A stretch of DNA of 63,550 nucleotides, the filler included, from Sphacelaria rigidula (Eukaryota): NCBI GenBank assembly GCA_964200075.2. It is 5 parts of 5 records of this genome, joined end to end, with 100 filler letters (N's around TTAATTAATTAA, not from the genome) between each part and the next. Parts side by side here need not be neighbours in the genome. Positions count along the whole stretch, not along the records: positions 12,733 to 25,364 come from CAXNAA020003552.1; 4 more parts are not named here. The stretch is one strand, 5' to 3'. The translations under genes and the position numbers were made by a program. Shown piece by piece: positions 12,733 through 25,464 of this stretch; the stretch's first letter is position 1, and every line of letters begins with the position of its first letter. A model generated the notes under the pieces. It worked only from the letters and a program-made list of their open reading frames with translations. It ran no database searches and was not told the origin of the DNA.

Positions 12733-15700
12733 CTTTTTAGGGGGGGGGGTGCGGGTGCCTGGGCGGGGTTGGGAGTGGGGTTTTTTTTCTTCCCCCCCCC
12801 CCCCCCCCCCTGCCCGCCCCGGTCGTAGACATTGAGGGAAGAGCTGTCTGTGAGATGGGACTATCAAGTAAGGCAGATGGGAATGCCGAACACGTGTATG
12901 TGCATAGCATTTGCACCACCTCAACATACGCTCAGAAAGAGATTGTCGCAAACTGAGACATGGACAGGCGCACGGACGCGAATACAGTAGACAAGTCTCG
13001 TCCGAGTACCCTCTCTCCCCATGCCGCCCCTCGCCATGTTAGACTTAGATTCCCCCTGCCCCCCTTCACCACTCCCTCAGCAGTATGGAGTCTGTGAAGT
13101 TATTGGAATCCTGGTGGTTTGTTGCTCCTGCACGAATCATTTTGGTTACCGTGCATGCGACGGTAAAAACATGATAGCTTTTTTCCTGGAAGGGGGAAGG
13201 GGGGGGGGGGGGGGGGGGGGGGTTCCTTTTTTTTTTTCTCCAAAAAAAAAGAGATTATTTTTGGTGTATTAGGTTGGGGGGGTTTGGTAGTGAAAAAAGA
13301 NNNNNNNNNNGTTTGGTTTTTTGTGTTTGGGGAGTGTTGAGCGGGCCTTGGGCTTAGGAAAGGGAATAGTGGGGGGGGGGGGGGGGGTGGGGGGGGGGGG
13401 GGGGGGGGGGGGGGCGTTTGTGTTCCGTATCTCCTTTCTCCACAAAAAATGTTGTTGTATTTGTGATATTAAGGTAGGTGGATTTGTTCGAGAACAAAAT
13501 CTCTTGTTCGCGATGGTGCTGTGTGTACGCGGTTCTTATAGTACCGCCCCTCCTCCCCCTTCCCCCCCCTGCAGACAGGTTCTGCGTGTATGTAAATGTT
13601 CTGTCATCTATCCTGTCTTCATGGGAATGTGTAAGTCAGTCGTGCAGATGGCGGATGGTGGAGGTTGCGTTACCGTTTTTTTTCCTGTCTGTATCCACGG
13701 CATGAGTGAGTGACTGCGCAAAAGGGGTTTTGGTGTACTCGTCAGATGCCTGACGCTCGTGGGTGGTCGAGTGGTCTGAGGAAATGTATCGTGTCGGGCA
13801 CGTTGGTGCAGTAAGTGCACCGAGGTCGGGAACCTTGACGTTGGCGTTTGACGGCGAATATATATGTGGAAAAAGAAGCCGCAAACCCCCACGGGGAGAA
13901 TGTGGCGAAGGGTCGCTCCAAACGATGGAAGAGTATGTGTTATTTCTCCCCCCCCCCCCCCCCCCCGCGCGCGCCCCTGTTATTTTGTCTTGCACGATTT
14001 CGTTTTTGCTACTATGATTTTTCGGAATGTTGCACGTCCAGTTTTTTGTACGGCAATACAAGGTCCCGTTTCTGACTGATAAATATTGATTTCTCACCCT
14101 CCCCAGCCCCGAAAAGCAGCGCTGCTGACTGCTCCATGAGGCTTGGCGCACGCGCAGCCCCGATGCTTCGCGTGCACTTCGCGAGAACGGTACATTACGT
14201 GCGATCTTGCTCCTCTTGGGAATGGTGATGGGGATTCTTCCGCACCTGGGGGGGTATTGCGGGTACGGCACGTTGAGATGGGAGAGTGGAATGTATTAGA
14301 TGGCCGGCCAAAACCTTCATCACGTCGACGATGAGAAATACCATCCATGTTGGCAAAACGTGTCGGTTTAGGCGAAAAAGAGACAATTCCACGGTAGAAA
14401 GCCTCCATAATCAGCGCCGGGCGTGTATACCGAGCGGAACAGGGATATCTTGCCACGGTCACGTGTGCTAGAAGCCGGGTGGAGTGATGCGTTGGCATGG
14501 TTTGAGGAGTGTGATGGAGTAGCTCCCGTTCTACCTCACGAGCGCATGGGCGCTATATGGACCTTGTGTCGGTGGTGGTGACGGTCTCTCTGTTAAAAGC
14601 AATCTCATGGTAGCGCGGTGGCGTTGGTGTTGCCGTTACCCTCCGAATGAGAGTCGATTTCGACGCTATACCTCACGGCTATGGCATGTGAGGTGGGGGG
14701 CCCGTAGCTGCTTCAGGTGGGTCAGGGCTTTCCCCCTTGCCGTCCACGTCGGTTGTCCCCTGCAATCTTGCATGGAAGACCATTTATGCCGTGGAGGTCT
14801 ACACCGTGCGGCCAAATCACGAAGGTGTCTTTGCGATACGTAAATATGTATAAACATTACAGGGTCGGGTTTAGATTGGTTAAGTTCGTGTATGGGGATA
14901 CACGTTCACTACATATACACGTATCGCCGGCACTTGAACATTTGGTCCGCTGTCGGTGAACAGATGAGCGAACGGAGCATGATTGATTGATAGCTTTTAG
15001 TAGATTTTTTTATTTTGTATTTTTTTCGCTTTTTTTTCGGACGGATGTACTTTTGGATAAATCTCTATCTATATACTCAATTCTTCACAATCGCGGTGTT
15101 TATTCGCCCCACATAAATAAAAAAATCAGCAACACCATCACGGCGTCACGTAGCGCTCGCAGAGCTGGCCTCCTCCCTATATGTAACTGAGATTTTGCGT
15201 GCTCGAGGTCAGATTTGTTCCTTTGTTGCTGTTTGTTTGTTGGGACTCGTCACGGGGAGTTTGAGGGATCAAGGGGCGACTGCAAGAAAAAAAAAAACAG
15301 GCGCGGGGGGGGCACTTATGCCTTTACTCTATGCTCCGAACGGTATCGTTCGTATCTTGTTGTTGGTCTGAGTCACGAAGCGTATTATTCACGGAGATTA
15401 CGCCTTCTGCCCAACAGCCTGCTTTTGTATGGTATCTGCACTCGGGTGTACAGCCGGGAGAGAATGTGTGAATGTCGGAGGAGGGGGGAAGGGGAGCTGA
15501 GGTTTGCTTGAAATTCACTTGAAACGAGTGAGTAGAGATATGCGATGTTTCGTCTCACGGCGCGCCGTTTGTGCATCTTGAAAGGGTGATTGGTTTTCGC
15601 GGAGGGGGGAAAGGGCGGGGGGGAATGGAGGGAGGTCAATCGACTTTGAATGTTGCCATTTGAAACACAGTTGAACAGTCGTGCAGCAGCGGCCGATGCT

Positions 15701-17340
15701 GGACGTGTTGTAAGCGGTGACGCGTTGTGGTTTGTAGAGCATGGCTCAAATAACGGTATTTCACATTCGAGCAAGAGAAACCGAAGCAAATAAACTGTCT
15801 CAGTATGAAGCGAGAATTTTTGTATCTGTGGTTTGTATGGCCGTGCAAGTCTTCATTTGGAGCCTGGTGCCCGTTCGTTAGTGTGCTCTTATTTTTTGTG
15901 GAGGAACGCGTGCGGTTCACATATCGAACGAATACCAGGCAGCACGGGCTGCACCGCATGGCCTGTTTTTATTTCGGAACAGTCTGTCTGTCTGCTCAAC
16001 ATTTCCTCGCTGTGTTGCTGTATTCCATGTAAAACAGCCAGCGATCGTTCCGCACAAATGTGATCATGTTCCAGACATGGCGGGGGGGAAGTGGTGCGCA
16101 GTTGCAGCTGTCCGCACGTTGATGTTGCTACAGTAGAAGGCACTGCATCCAGGGCTGCGGTGTCCATTGGTGCCGGTGTTGATTACAAACGGCCGCCAGC
16201 TCGATCGTGTAGTATGTGGGTAGTTCGTCTGGTTTGGTTGGTTCTCTTGGTCAAGTCACCTGAACGGTGCACTGAAAAGCGTTCCGAAATTCAGCATTTC
16301 TCAGCAGGACCTTTGATAAGGATTCATATAAATGATACAGCGCTGGCGTACATCATGACGTGACGTGGTGTCTGCTGTACAGTAAGCGAACAACGGCCAT
16401 GCGATGTACATGCGGCGGTCTATTTTCAGGATGATGTGGGACTCGTCCACGGTGCACATGGTAGGCCGTTGTCGGTGATGTTGAAACTGTTTGTCTGAGG
16501 GCATGAATACTATCTTGTGTTCAAGAGGTGGGATGATGGTCGGGGGCTACAATCTACATGGCTCAACCAGAAACTGTCGGTTTTCATGTGCTGTTCCACT
16601 AAGAGGATGGAGTACATGTGGGAGGATTGCCCCAGATACTCTTTTTCCGCCGTGTTGCCTGATGTCAACCGCCGACATCACCCTCTTGGCTTCGTGGCAA
16701 GTCATAGTATAAGCACCCGTATGCCGACATTTGTCAAGTGCAAACTTCAAAATCTTGCAAGATGGTTGATTCGCTCTCGTTTTCATGTTGGGGTCGATCG
16801 GAGTCTGTTGGTTAGGTGGGGCCTAGCACATGACAGTTGTGCTTTTTACGTCTATATACAAAATACTGTACGTTTTTCAGTGATGTCACTTGCACTTTGC
16901 AGTCCACCGGTATTCTGAACGTGTAGGGAGTACGTTGTGCACTATCCCATAATTAACACGTTGCGATGGCGAGGATTCAGGACCCAAATGAGTTATACAA
17001 TTATCAAGTTCCGGTCCTGGCGCGTTCGTTTCCGCCCACCGTCCGAACCAATCCATGATGGCTCCACCGCTTTGCTTTATGCCTATCCTCTTGAATATTT
17101 CTCAATGGAAATGATCCCGTGGTTGTATTGTAGCATGCACCCCATACGACCTACCCGACACAGCATACGCGATGCGGAGTAGACAACTAAGCTCTGCTGC
17201 TGCTGCTGCTGCTCCTGTTCAAAGAAGGAGGCACTCGCAAATAAATTTATCGTCACGCAAAAGTCTTGCCCGCATGCCTCAAAGGAGCAAAGGCTATGAG
17301 CTACGCTAGGGGAGAGCTCGTGATTCTGCCAATACTGCCA

Positions 17341-17604
17341 CGCGGAGTTGACGACGTTTCTGAGTTAAGAACTGAAATTTCGACACGTGATTCGCAACGT
17401 ACCCGTCGACACATTTCGACGAGCTTGATGCGATTCCTTTTTTCTCCGAGACACGATCCACCAGTCAAATTGGTCGTCACTTCGGTCGGTCGTGTCTCGA
17501 TGAGAAAGAGAGGAAGCGGTCAAGCACGTCGAAGTGTGGCGGCGAGTAGCTTGTAAACCACGCATCAAAATTTCAATTTCACCACCTCGGAAACGTCAAC
17601 TCCG
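17341..17604. mobile_element. Probable MITE
   Basis: CGCGGAGTTGACGACGTTTCTGAG at the left is inverted to CTCGGAAACGTCAACTCCGTG at the right. Confidence 0.55.
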
Positions 17605-19879
17605 TGTTGCGCTATGTGCGATACTTGCACCAAGATCGCTCTGCGTACAACCTCGCATGTTAGGATAATACTTCCTGTCAATGCTTTTCAACGATGATTT
17701 TTGCCCGGATACGATTTATTTAACATATAAATACATCTGAGCCACACGTTTTTTACATCGTAGCGGGTAGAAACTAACTACTCGTGGATTATCACCCGAC
17801 AGTTAACAGCCGATTCTAAATTTTGGGGTTGAAAGCTTTACTGGGGTTCAACTCGCCCTCGAAAAATCGAGAACTCACGCCAAAGGGTATTAACGCGGGA
17901 AATAGTTTTCGCAAGCAGAGTTTTTGTTGGAGTTACGCCGGTGCGGTTACGTGCACCAAATGAATGCTGTGCACACGCGTGTCGATGACGATATCACCAG
18001 AGGAGCAACGGCGGAGAGGAAGCCCCTCGCCGGCGTCCTTTGTGTGTCCTCGTTCGGCAGTTCCCAAACGCTGGAGAGATTGGCATCGTTTTGTAGCACC
18101 AGCACATTCACCACTTGCAATGTGTGGGTAGACGGGTTTTTGTAGTACAGCCACGGAACCAAGATCGCGGGATGCCCCGGTTGTCGTCTCCTGTCTGTGG
18201 CGCTGATCAATGTAAAGATGGATTTCTCTCCGCCTCTCTACTTGGACAGGAAGTGCCTCTGTGCGCAGTAGAACACGGCGTCGAATAGCAGGGAGATGTG
18301 GCCGTCACCGCTACTGTTGTCTCTCACACACATGCGAGCAAGGACGGCTACGCGCTTGCGGCAAGATCTAGTAATCGGAAGTGGGGGGAGGCGGGCGTTA
18401 TTGCTGTCGTTGATTTTACCCGACGACGGAACAAGGACAACAGAAAGTCTGCCACATCCCAGTTGGGGGGATGTATGTACGAGAGATCAAACACTCGTGT
18501 AGATCTTCTTGGTGTGTGGAGTGAAAACATATACCTGGTGCGCGTGACTTAACTCTTGCCGGCGTGACCGAAGTGGGGGCTAGATTAAGGGTACCTCAAT
18601 TTTATTTTCAAAGAAACATGACCCTCGATCGTTGAAAAAATCGAAAAAAAGAGGGCTCGGGGGGATTGCGAGGGGGGGGTCGGGCACGGGGCGGCAGGTC
18701 TATGCTAATTACTTGAATTTAGTGTAGGAGTAGACTTCTTGAACTTAGCGTGTTTGTATACTACTTGAACTTAGTATGGTTATCAACTACTTGAATCCGT
18801 TATGGTAGTCGAATACTTGATAGTGCACAGTTATGGGTGCGCCTGACCCCCCAAAATGGGCAAAAAAGGTGTCACCGAACAAACTCACGAACAGATCAAC
18901 TTTTGGGGCTCATCTAGGCTCGCCAGGTAATATGTGTCTTACGGCATCGGAAGAGAACGACGTGGATCCAAAGTTCTTATCGAGAAAAAGTGAGCTGCAT
19001 TCTAAAATCAGAACCCTGCCGTTGCTTCCGTTGTTGTTCCTCATATATTGCTTGTCACTGCATCGCTTTTCGTCCGCGCTTGCGATGCACTGGAATGCAC
19101 GGAGGCTAGTTTGGTTGACCCAACCCAACGCACACCGAGAACCTTCGGACAAAGGCGGTACACACATTCCCTGAACAAGTGAGGCATTGGTAAACCCCAA
19201 ACCGGCGGGACTGTCAGCCTACCTCAATTCCGATTCTCGTTGTACATATCCAAATGAAGTAATATCAACCATGGACATTTGAATCCAAAAGCCGGTAACT
19301 GAAACCAGAACACGCTGAATCAGTTATTTTTGGGCATGCGGATCGAAATTGGGTCAACAACATACATGTGTTCCACATGCGACAGAGCCATACGTACTGA
19401 TGAACTTCAACGAGGACGGCCCTTACACAGGCGAGTGGAGTACAGTCGCCGGGTGTGTGACGTGGGCTGGGCGGATAATGGTCGACCTCCTTGTCTTTTG
19501 TTGAGGAGCTTGACTCATCGGATCCCATCGTTCCACAATTCTGGCGTATGAACGACTGGCCTTGTGCAAGTGTACTTGTGTTCCGTGGGCATGGCTTTCC
19601 ATTTCATGAATATGCATGATACTCATCGGACTCTCAAGATATGGTGGTCCAAGAGGGAATGAAGACAAACCGCCGCCCGTCACCCACCAGTGCCGATACA
19701 ACAGACGCGTGTCTTAATACGGGTGGGTGCACTGAAAGACACGAATGGGGCTTCGGTGCCATGTGGCTTCAGTAAAAGTAGGTCGACGACTTTATGCTGC
19801 CGTTTTTGTCTTCTTGACGCAGAATAGTTGACCATTCGGGAGGGTAAGTTGGGCCAAGTTGATTTCAGTGTGAACGCCG

Positions 19880-20868
19880 AAATCCGGATCTTTCGTGGGG
19901 CCTCTGCTCCTAGCATGTTCCTAGCGTGCCCACGACGCGTTTTTGTCTACACCGGCGCCTGGGGTGCCGATTTAATGTCTTGCAACGCACACTTCGCCTA
20001 GGAAACACGTTGCACCCGCCTTGCCCGAGGGTGCGTGGTATAACAATGTTTTTGTGATATTGAGAGTTCAATATATGATTGAGAGTGACCTTTTTTCCGA
20101 ACGGCGGTGTCATTCACTTTTCGTATTGTTACACGACACGTTGGCTTCTAGCATAATAAGAGGCTCGTCGACTCTTAGAGCAGTAGAACTGATGAAATGT
20201 TCGTACACAATGGTTGACAGGGATGACTACTCGATTTTAGACTTGATAAAGTTCTGAAAAAGAGAATGGTTTGGGGCAGGTGAGCAGTGGACCCAGCTCG
20301 CCCAGAACGTGTTTTGGTCGAAATCGGCGCCTGCTGCGACGATTCGAAGTCTGCCAACGCACACTTTGTCTAGGGGAAACTATGTTGTATGCACTCTCCT
20401 CGCGTGAGGGTCTCGTGCGCCTTGGGTCGTGGTTAGGGATAGCGCTAGTATCAGCCTTAGTTTGTAACATTCCACGATGTTCCCCATCAGCCACTATCTA
20501 CGAAAATATCTTCAGGTCCCCTCCGTCAGACCGCGAGGGTAGGTCACCTGCTGAATCGGCATCAATCTTCACTTGAAAAAAGTATGCGTGATCCAGATGG
20601 ACTACCCGAATCGTACCGGTCGCCCCGGTGGCTTAGTCGGTAACCTCGGAAACTTCTGATGGTTGGGTCGTGGGTTCGAATCTCGGAGCGATCTGGGATT
20701 TTTTCTCACACAAAAATGCCCAACAGTGGAGAGCGACGATGTCGTGGGTACACAAAATTCGACTTCATGATCGACAAGGAAAAGGGGCTGCTGAACCCCT
20801 CTCGCGATAAAAAAGGAAAGGCAAGCACCGCAGAAGGAATTTAGAGTACCAAAAACAAATGGGTTGAC

Positions 20869-20905
<37 letters not shown>

Positions 20906-21300
20906 CCGAATCACGGTCTAAGGGTTAACCCTTTGACCGCGAGGGTAGGTGACCTATTGAATCAGCATCAATATTCACTTCACAAAAGTATGCGTGGTCG
21001 AGATGGACTCTCCAGTAGACCTTACGAAATGTACATTAACAATGGTTGGTACTCGATTATGTACTTGATTTCCGACTGAAGAAAGTTCTGAGAACGTTTG
21101 TGGTCTGGGGCAGATGAGCAGTAGTGAGCAGTAGACCCAGCTAGTCCAGAACGTGTTTTGGTCCAAAATCGGTCGAAAGGCGTCGATTTGAGCTATGGCA
21201 ACGCACGCTTTGCCAAGGGAACACTTCACACCCCCCCTGCCCGAGGGTTCTCGGAATGCCTTGGTCGAGGTCAGGGATAGGGTTAGGTTCAGGGTTGGCA
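19880..21300. repeat. Diverged tandem or dispersed repeat block (about three copies), interrupted by a SINE
   Basis: A CAGAACGTGTTTTGGTC..GCAACGCAC..AGG..AACAC core occurs at ~19921, ~20294 and ~21138. GACCGCGAGGGTAGGT..AGATGGACT is duplicated at ~20530 and ~20935. Confidence 0.65.
20613..20905 (+). mobile_element. tRNA-derived SINE with (CA)n tail
   Basis: Pol III A box TGGCTTAGTCGG (~20629) and B box GGTTCGAATC (~20672) in a tRNA-like head. The (CA)n tail runs ~20869-20904, and a 7-bp TSD CCGAATC lies at 20606-20612 and 20906-20912. Confidence 0.85.
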
Positions 21301-21409
21301 GCATCTCCATAGTATCAACGGTTGTTTACGCACATTCTTGTTTATGTAAACTATCTGTCCTTCCCCACGTCGCCACGGAATACATTAGCGTTACAGCCGG
21401 TTGGGCAAA

Positions 21410-24023
21410 ATGGCAGACCAAGGTGGTAGGCTTTCTCCAGTAGTCGGTGGGCAGGGTGTTATTGACCAATTGGGGATGGTGACTAGCCAGTTGAGTTCCA
21501 TGGCTAAGATACTGCGTGACTTGCAGTCAAACCAAACTGCATTACGGGGTGAAGTACATGGCATGAGGGTAGCGAGATAGCCCAGGGCCGTTGAAACCAA
21601 TGGCGTCCTCGATAGGGATGATTCCAACAGTCCACAAAGGGAATCCAGAACAAATATCAGTCCAGCAGAGCGACGAAGTTCCGGAGTTCGACGGGACCGC
21701 CAGTACATCGGGATTCAAGCCGGACCGGGGGAAAGGAGCTCGCGACGCGGGGGATAACGGGGCTAGAGGCGACGGAGCTAAGGGCTTTGTACCCGAACGT
21801 GAGTCAGGTTATGTTAACGATGCAAGTGGGAATGTGTCAGGAGTTCCCGTTTTTCGACAGAACGTCCCCAAACTTCCAGGGAAAAACTCAGAGTTCTCAC
21901 GGTTGACACATGAGCTAATCAACTTCGCAAGGAGCAAATGACCAGGGAAAAACTCAGAGTTCGCACGGTCTAAACTTGAACTGATCAACTTCGCAAGGAG
22001 CGAAGGAATTGACTGGGTGTATTTACCATGGCCGGCGACAGTTCGCACGACGTAGATGTTGGCGACCCTGAACTATCACTGGGATATCTGGAGACAACAT
22101 ACGGAAAGGACATTATTGTGGCAGCCCAAGTGAGGGCGAGACGGATGCTTGTTGGTAGTCTTGAAGGCAAGAGAGAGCAAGATATATTGCTCAGACTTCA
22201 CTCACCTGGTGCAGTTTGGAGAAAACTGGCAGTTGCCTTCCGCCCCAAAACAAATGGGGCAAGAGCTGCGTTGTTGAAAAAGTTTGATGGAGTCAAGATC
22301 AGTGTTCGTGACGATCCAGAGCAAAAGCTGATCGAAATGGAAGACATTGCAGAAGACCTGAACTCATACGAGGGCCAATAACCCCTAAGCGAAAACCATA
22401 TCCTCTTGAAATATCTCAAGTCCTTGCCGCACGAGTATTACATCCAGAAGCAATTGCGAGGGGATCGAGAGGGGCCGCTGACATGGGAGATTATCATAGC
22501 CTCGGTCCGAAAGCGCTTCGAGTCGGCCACTTTGGAGCAGGAGCTTGCCCGGGGAAAGAAGTCATCCCCGGGCGATCAGGCTCTCCTCGCCAGGGGTGGG
22601 GCCGAAAACCGAGCGGTGCACACCGCAAAGGAAAATCGGACAGGTCCCAGGGCTCTGGTCAGAGAAATGGCGGGAGCCAGATTTCGAGTAGCTCTGGGTC
22701 GACGGACGGAAAAGCGGCGACCCTGAAGCCGATCCGCTGCTACATTTGCAAAGAGGACACGATGCACCGCGCCAGGAACTCCCCGAAGAGATACTGCGGG
22801 AGGTGCTGTCAACAGGGGCACACGTTCTGGGACTGTTCGAGATCGACAGCGAAGAAAGAAGATGTCGCGATGGCGATGGGTGTGGCCGACGACAGCGATG
22901 ACTCCTCCGTTTTCTCGGGCGCGGACGGGGAGGCTTTCGCCTCTTTCGACACCACCATCAACGACGAAACAGGCGAGTACGCATTGCGTGTTGGGCAGGG
23001 GGGTGATAAACAGCAGGGTAAGGGCGAACCGTGGGTGTTTGACACGGGGGCTACAAAGCATTGCTTCCCCGATTCCTGTGGGATGACGGAGTACAGAGAG
23101 TGTCAGGGTAGGGTACTACGGTGCGCGGGTGGTAGTACTTACCCGATCGAAGGCAGAGGAAATTTGTCTCATGCTTTCAGATCTTACGGACAGGATGTGG
23201 TGAGCCAAGTTACAGTGGGGGGCTCTCAGTATTGCCGGTTGAATAGTGCCAACGATCTATATAATGCCGGTAAAATCTCCGAGCACAGCCAGAGCTCGCA
23301 GTAGTTCCGCCCGGCACTACTGACAGATGACCCTCTGTAGTGTCGGTTTGAACGGTTTTGTACACTCAACAGTGCCGGTTCCGGACACACTCACGCACGG
23401 TTTACCCCCCACCAACCAAGCACCAGTAGGGGTACAGCAGAGTACGTGCTGGTGCAGACCTTGCAACGTAGGGACACAACATGCCTTTTGCTTCCGTTGG
23501 TCCAGCTAACCCCAACCCTAACCCAAAGGTCCTCGTCCGTTTTGTGCTTCCGTTGGTCCCACGAAGGGCAAGCATAGCACTGTACGAACGGACGGTCGTC
23601 AGTAGTGCCAGAACCGGCACTACTGAGGTATTCAGATCCCTCAATCGCACCTGGTTTGGCACTTTTCAGAGTAGTGCCGGGCTCTCTGAGTAGTGCCGGT
23701 GTCCGTGGTGGGCACACACCGGCACTACTGAGAGCCCCCCCACTGTAATGGATATTGACTATGTACCTAATGTCCATCATCACCTTTTGTCACTCACAAG
23801 GATCCAAAACAGTGAAAAGACCTACACTGGTTTTCGTGGAGGTTTCAGAGTAGATATCATTTCAGGCAACACACTGAAAATACCCCGACCACCTCGTCAA
23901 CTGAATATGTACCCCTGTCGTCTTGACCAAAATGGTGGTGACGTATGTGCTTCGGAATATGCTGTGATTGCCCCGGGGGCTCCGCCTAGCCCCCAGATCT
24001 TTGATAAAAACGATTTACACTGT
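21410..24023 (+). mobile_element. Decayed Ty1/copia retrotransposon 5' half (gag, zinc knuckles, protease, GAG-pre-integrase start)
   Basis: MADQGG start, gag-like ORF pieces at 22028-22726, CCHC-like CGRCCQQGHTFWDC and protease WVFDTGATKHC. After the MITE it resumes with LMDIDYVPNVHHHLLSL..DKNDLHC. There are several stops and frameshifts and a ~66-bp internal duplication at 21876-22005. Confidence 0.9.
23213..23745. mobile_element. 533-bp Tc1/mariner-type MITE inserted in the copia protease region
   Basis: TIRs CAGTGGGGGGCTCTCAGTATTGCCGGT / ACCGGCACTACTGAGAGCCCCCCCACTG with TA duplicated on both sides. It has internal AGTAGTGCCGG sub-repeats and CTAACCCCAACCCTAACCC. Confidence 0.9.
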
Positions 24024-24639
24024 TATGGGTAGGAATGGGGCCCTAACGACCAAACATCGGCACAAGAATTGAAATAAGAAATAACGCGGAGGAATAATGA
24101 ACACGTCACTAGGTGGTCGGACCTGTTCCGAGGCCCTCACGAACAGAACACACACTCCATCACTTATTCAGTTGGTGTAGTATGGGAAGCTGTAGCACTG
24201 GAGATCGCGCGGTTTTCGACACAGGAAGCAAGCCGGTCCACGGGCGCTTGACAGCCCCCCGCATACACACAAGATCTAGGGACTTACGTTTGCTATTTTG
24301 CTGGCGTCGCGTCAGCGGCACGAAAATCCCCTCCCAGAGCAGAAAACACCTTATTTTAGTGTATTTACGTCATTTGCGAGTCAGCATCACGCACAAACGC
24401 AAAAACCAAACGTGATGACATAGCTTGGGTGTGTGGGAAGCGCGCGCAAGAAATCGTAGTCCAACCCCTCGCTTCGCTGCCGAGTTGTAAGCGGTGCGCG
24501 ATCGACACTTTTGGGTTGAGGATCAGTAGCGTCTTTCGAGGTCGCAGATGGCAAATTCAAAAAAATCGGTGCGCATACTACTTTTCCTCCTGCAAGCAAG
24601 TTGTGACAACATGCACTTGGATTGCGTGCCGCCCAGGCG

Positions 24640-25118
24640 CTGCTTTGTTCTGAGCGGCTGTGCACAAAGGGCAAATTCGCCTCAACGGCGAGTACCCTTT
24701 GAAGCGTCGAATTACAGAGGGAGGGTTGACAGACGAAGGGCGAAGCTGGCGGCTGCTTCATGTCAGGGCTCCAGTTCAGAAGTCAAGGCGTCGAGAGTGA
24801 TTTTAGTACGAGTATGTGCGTTACATCTGCTGGTGACCGCGGTCATGTATGTAGTAACTGTCTGTATATACTATTATATTAATAGTATCAGAATGAGATG
24901 CAAGCTATGCAATGTTTTAGAAGCTTCGTTTTTCACTTTTTGGCATGCCACCAGGTGCTGTTGATTTGTTCTGTACGGCTGTGCACGAAGGGCAACTTCG
25001 CCGTTCAACAGCGAGTACCCTTCATGTATTGAGTTGCAGAGAGTGAGGTCACACATGAACTTCGGCTGTTGTGTCTGAGGGTTTCAGCGGAGAAGCCAAG
25101 GAGCAAAGAGTGATTTTG
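24640..25118. repeat. Diverged direct repeat, ~165-bp unit at ~317-bp spacing
   Basis: CGGCTGTGCACRAAGGGCAA..GCGAGTACCCTT..AGAGTGATTTT occurs at 24640-24806 and 24957-25118. Confidence 0.6.
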
Positions 25119-25364
25119 ATTTCAGACTGCGCACCAGGTATATCTAGGTCGTCAGAGCCACGATGTTTCAAGTGACTGCTTGTACACATATTCGTACATA
25201 CTGAAAATAGAGAGAAAATGACGTTGAAGATGTTGATCTGGACAGATAGAACCAGACCGTGCCCAAGCGACTGACAAGATGGGATTCCTTCCACTCATGC
25301 CATGACCCTGACCCCATGGGGCCCATGAGAAATTCACTCTCCAATCCCGCAGTCATAGCTGTGT

Positions 25365-25464
25365 NNNNNNNNNNNNNNNNNNNNNNNNNNNNNNNNNNNN
25401 NNNNNNNNTTAATTAATTAANNNNNNNNNNNNNNNNNNNNNNNNNNNNNNNNNNNNNNNNNNNN
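25365..25464. other. Artificial contig spacer
   Basis: N44-TTAATTAATTAA-N44. Confidence 0.97.

Noticed and set aside
12733..13420. Long G/C homopolymer runs suggesting G-quadruplex structures
   Set aside because: They lie next to a contig end and an N gap and look like low-quality sequence.
14790..14842. YRKDTFVIWPHG (minus strand) resembling the Penelope RT motif YVDDTFVIWPHG
   Set aside because: The catalytic DD is absent and no flanking RT or GIY-YIG motifs are seen, so it is probably chance.
20618..20692. Functional tRNA gene
   Set aside because: The stems pair poorly, and the segment is followed by a body, a (CA)n tail and a TSD, so it is a SINE head.
24021..24420. Possible nested LTR (TGTTAT..ATGACA) where copia homology stops
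   Set aside because: No TSD, recognisable PBS/PPT or second copy was found, and the initial TGT may simply be the Cys codon of the copia LHC motif.
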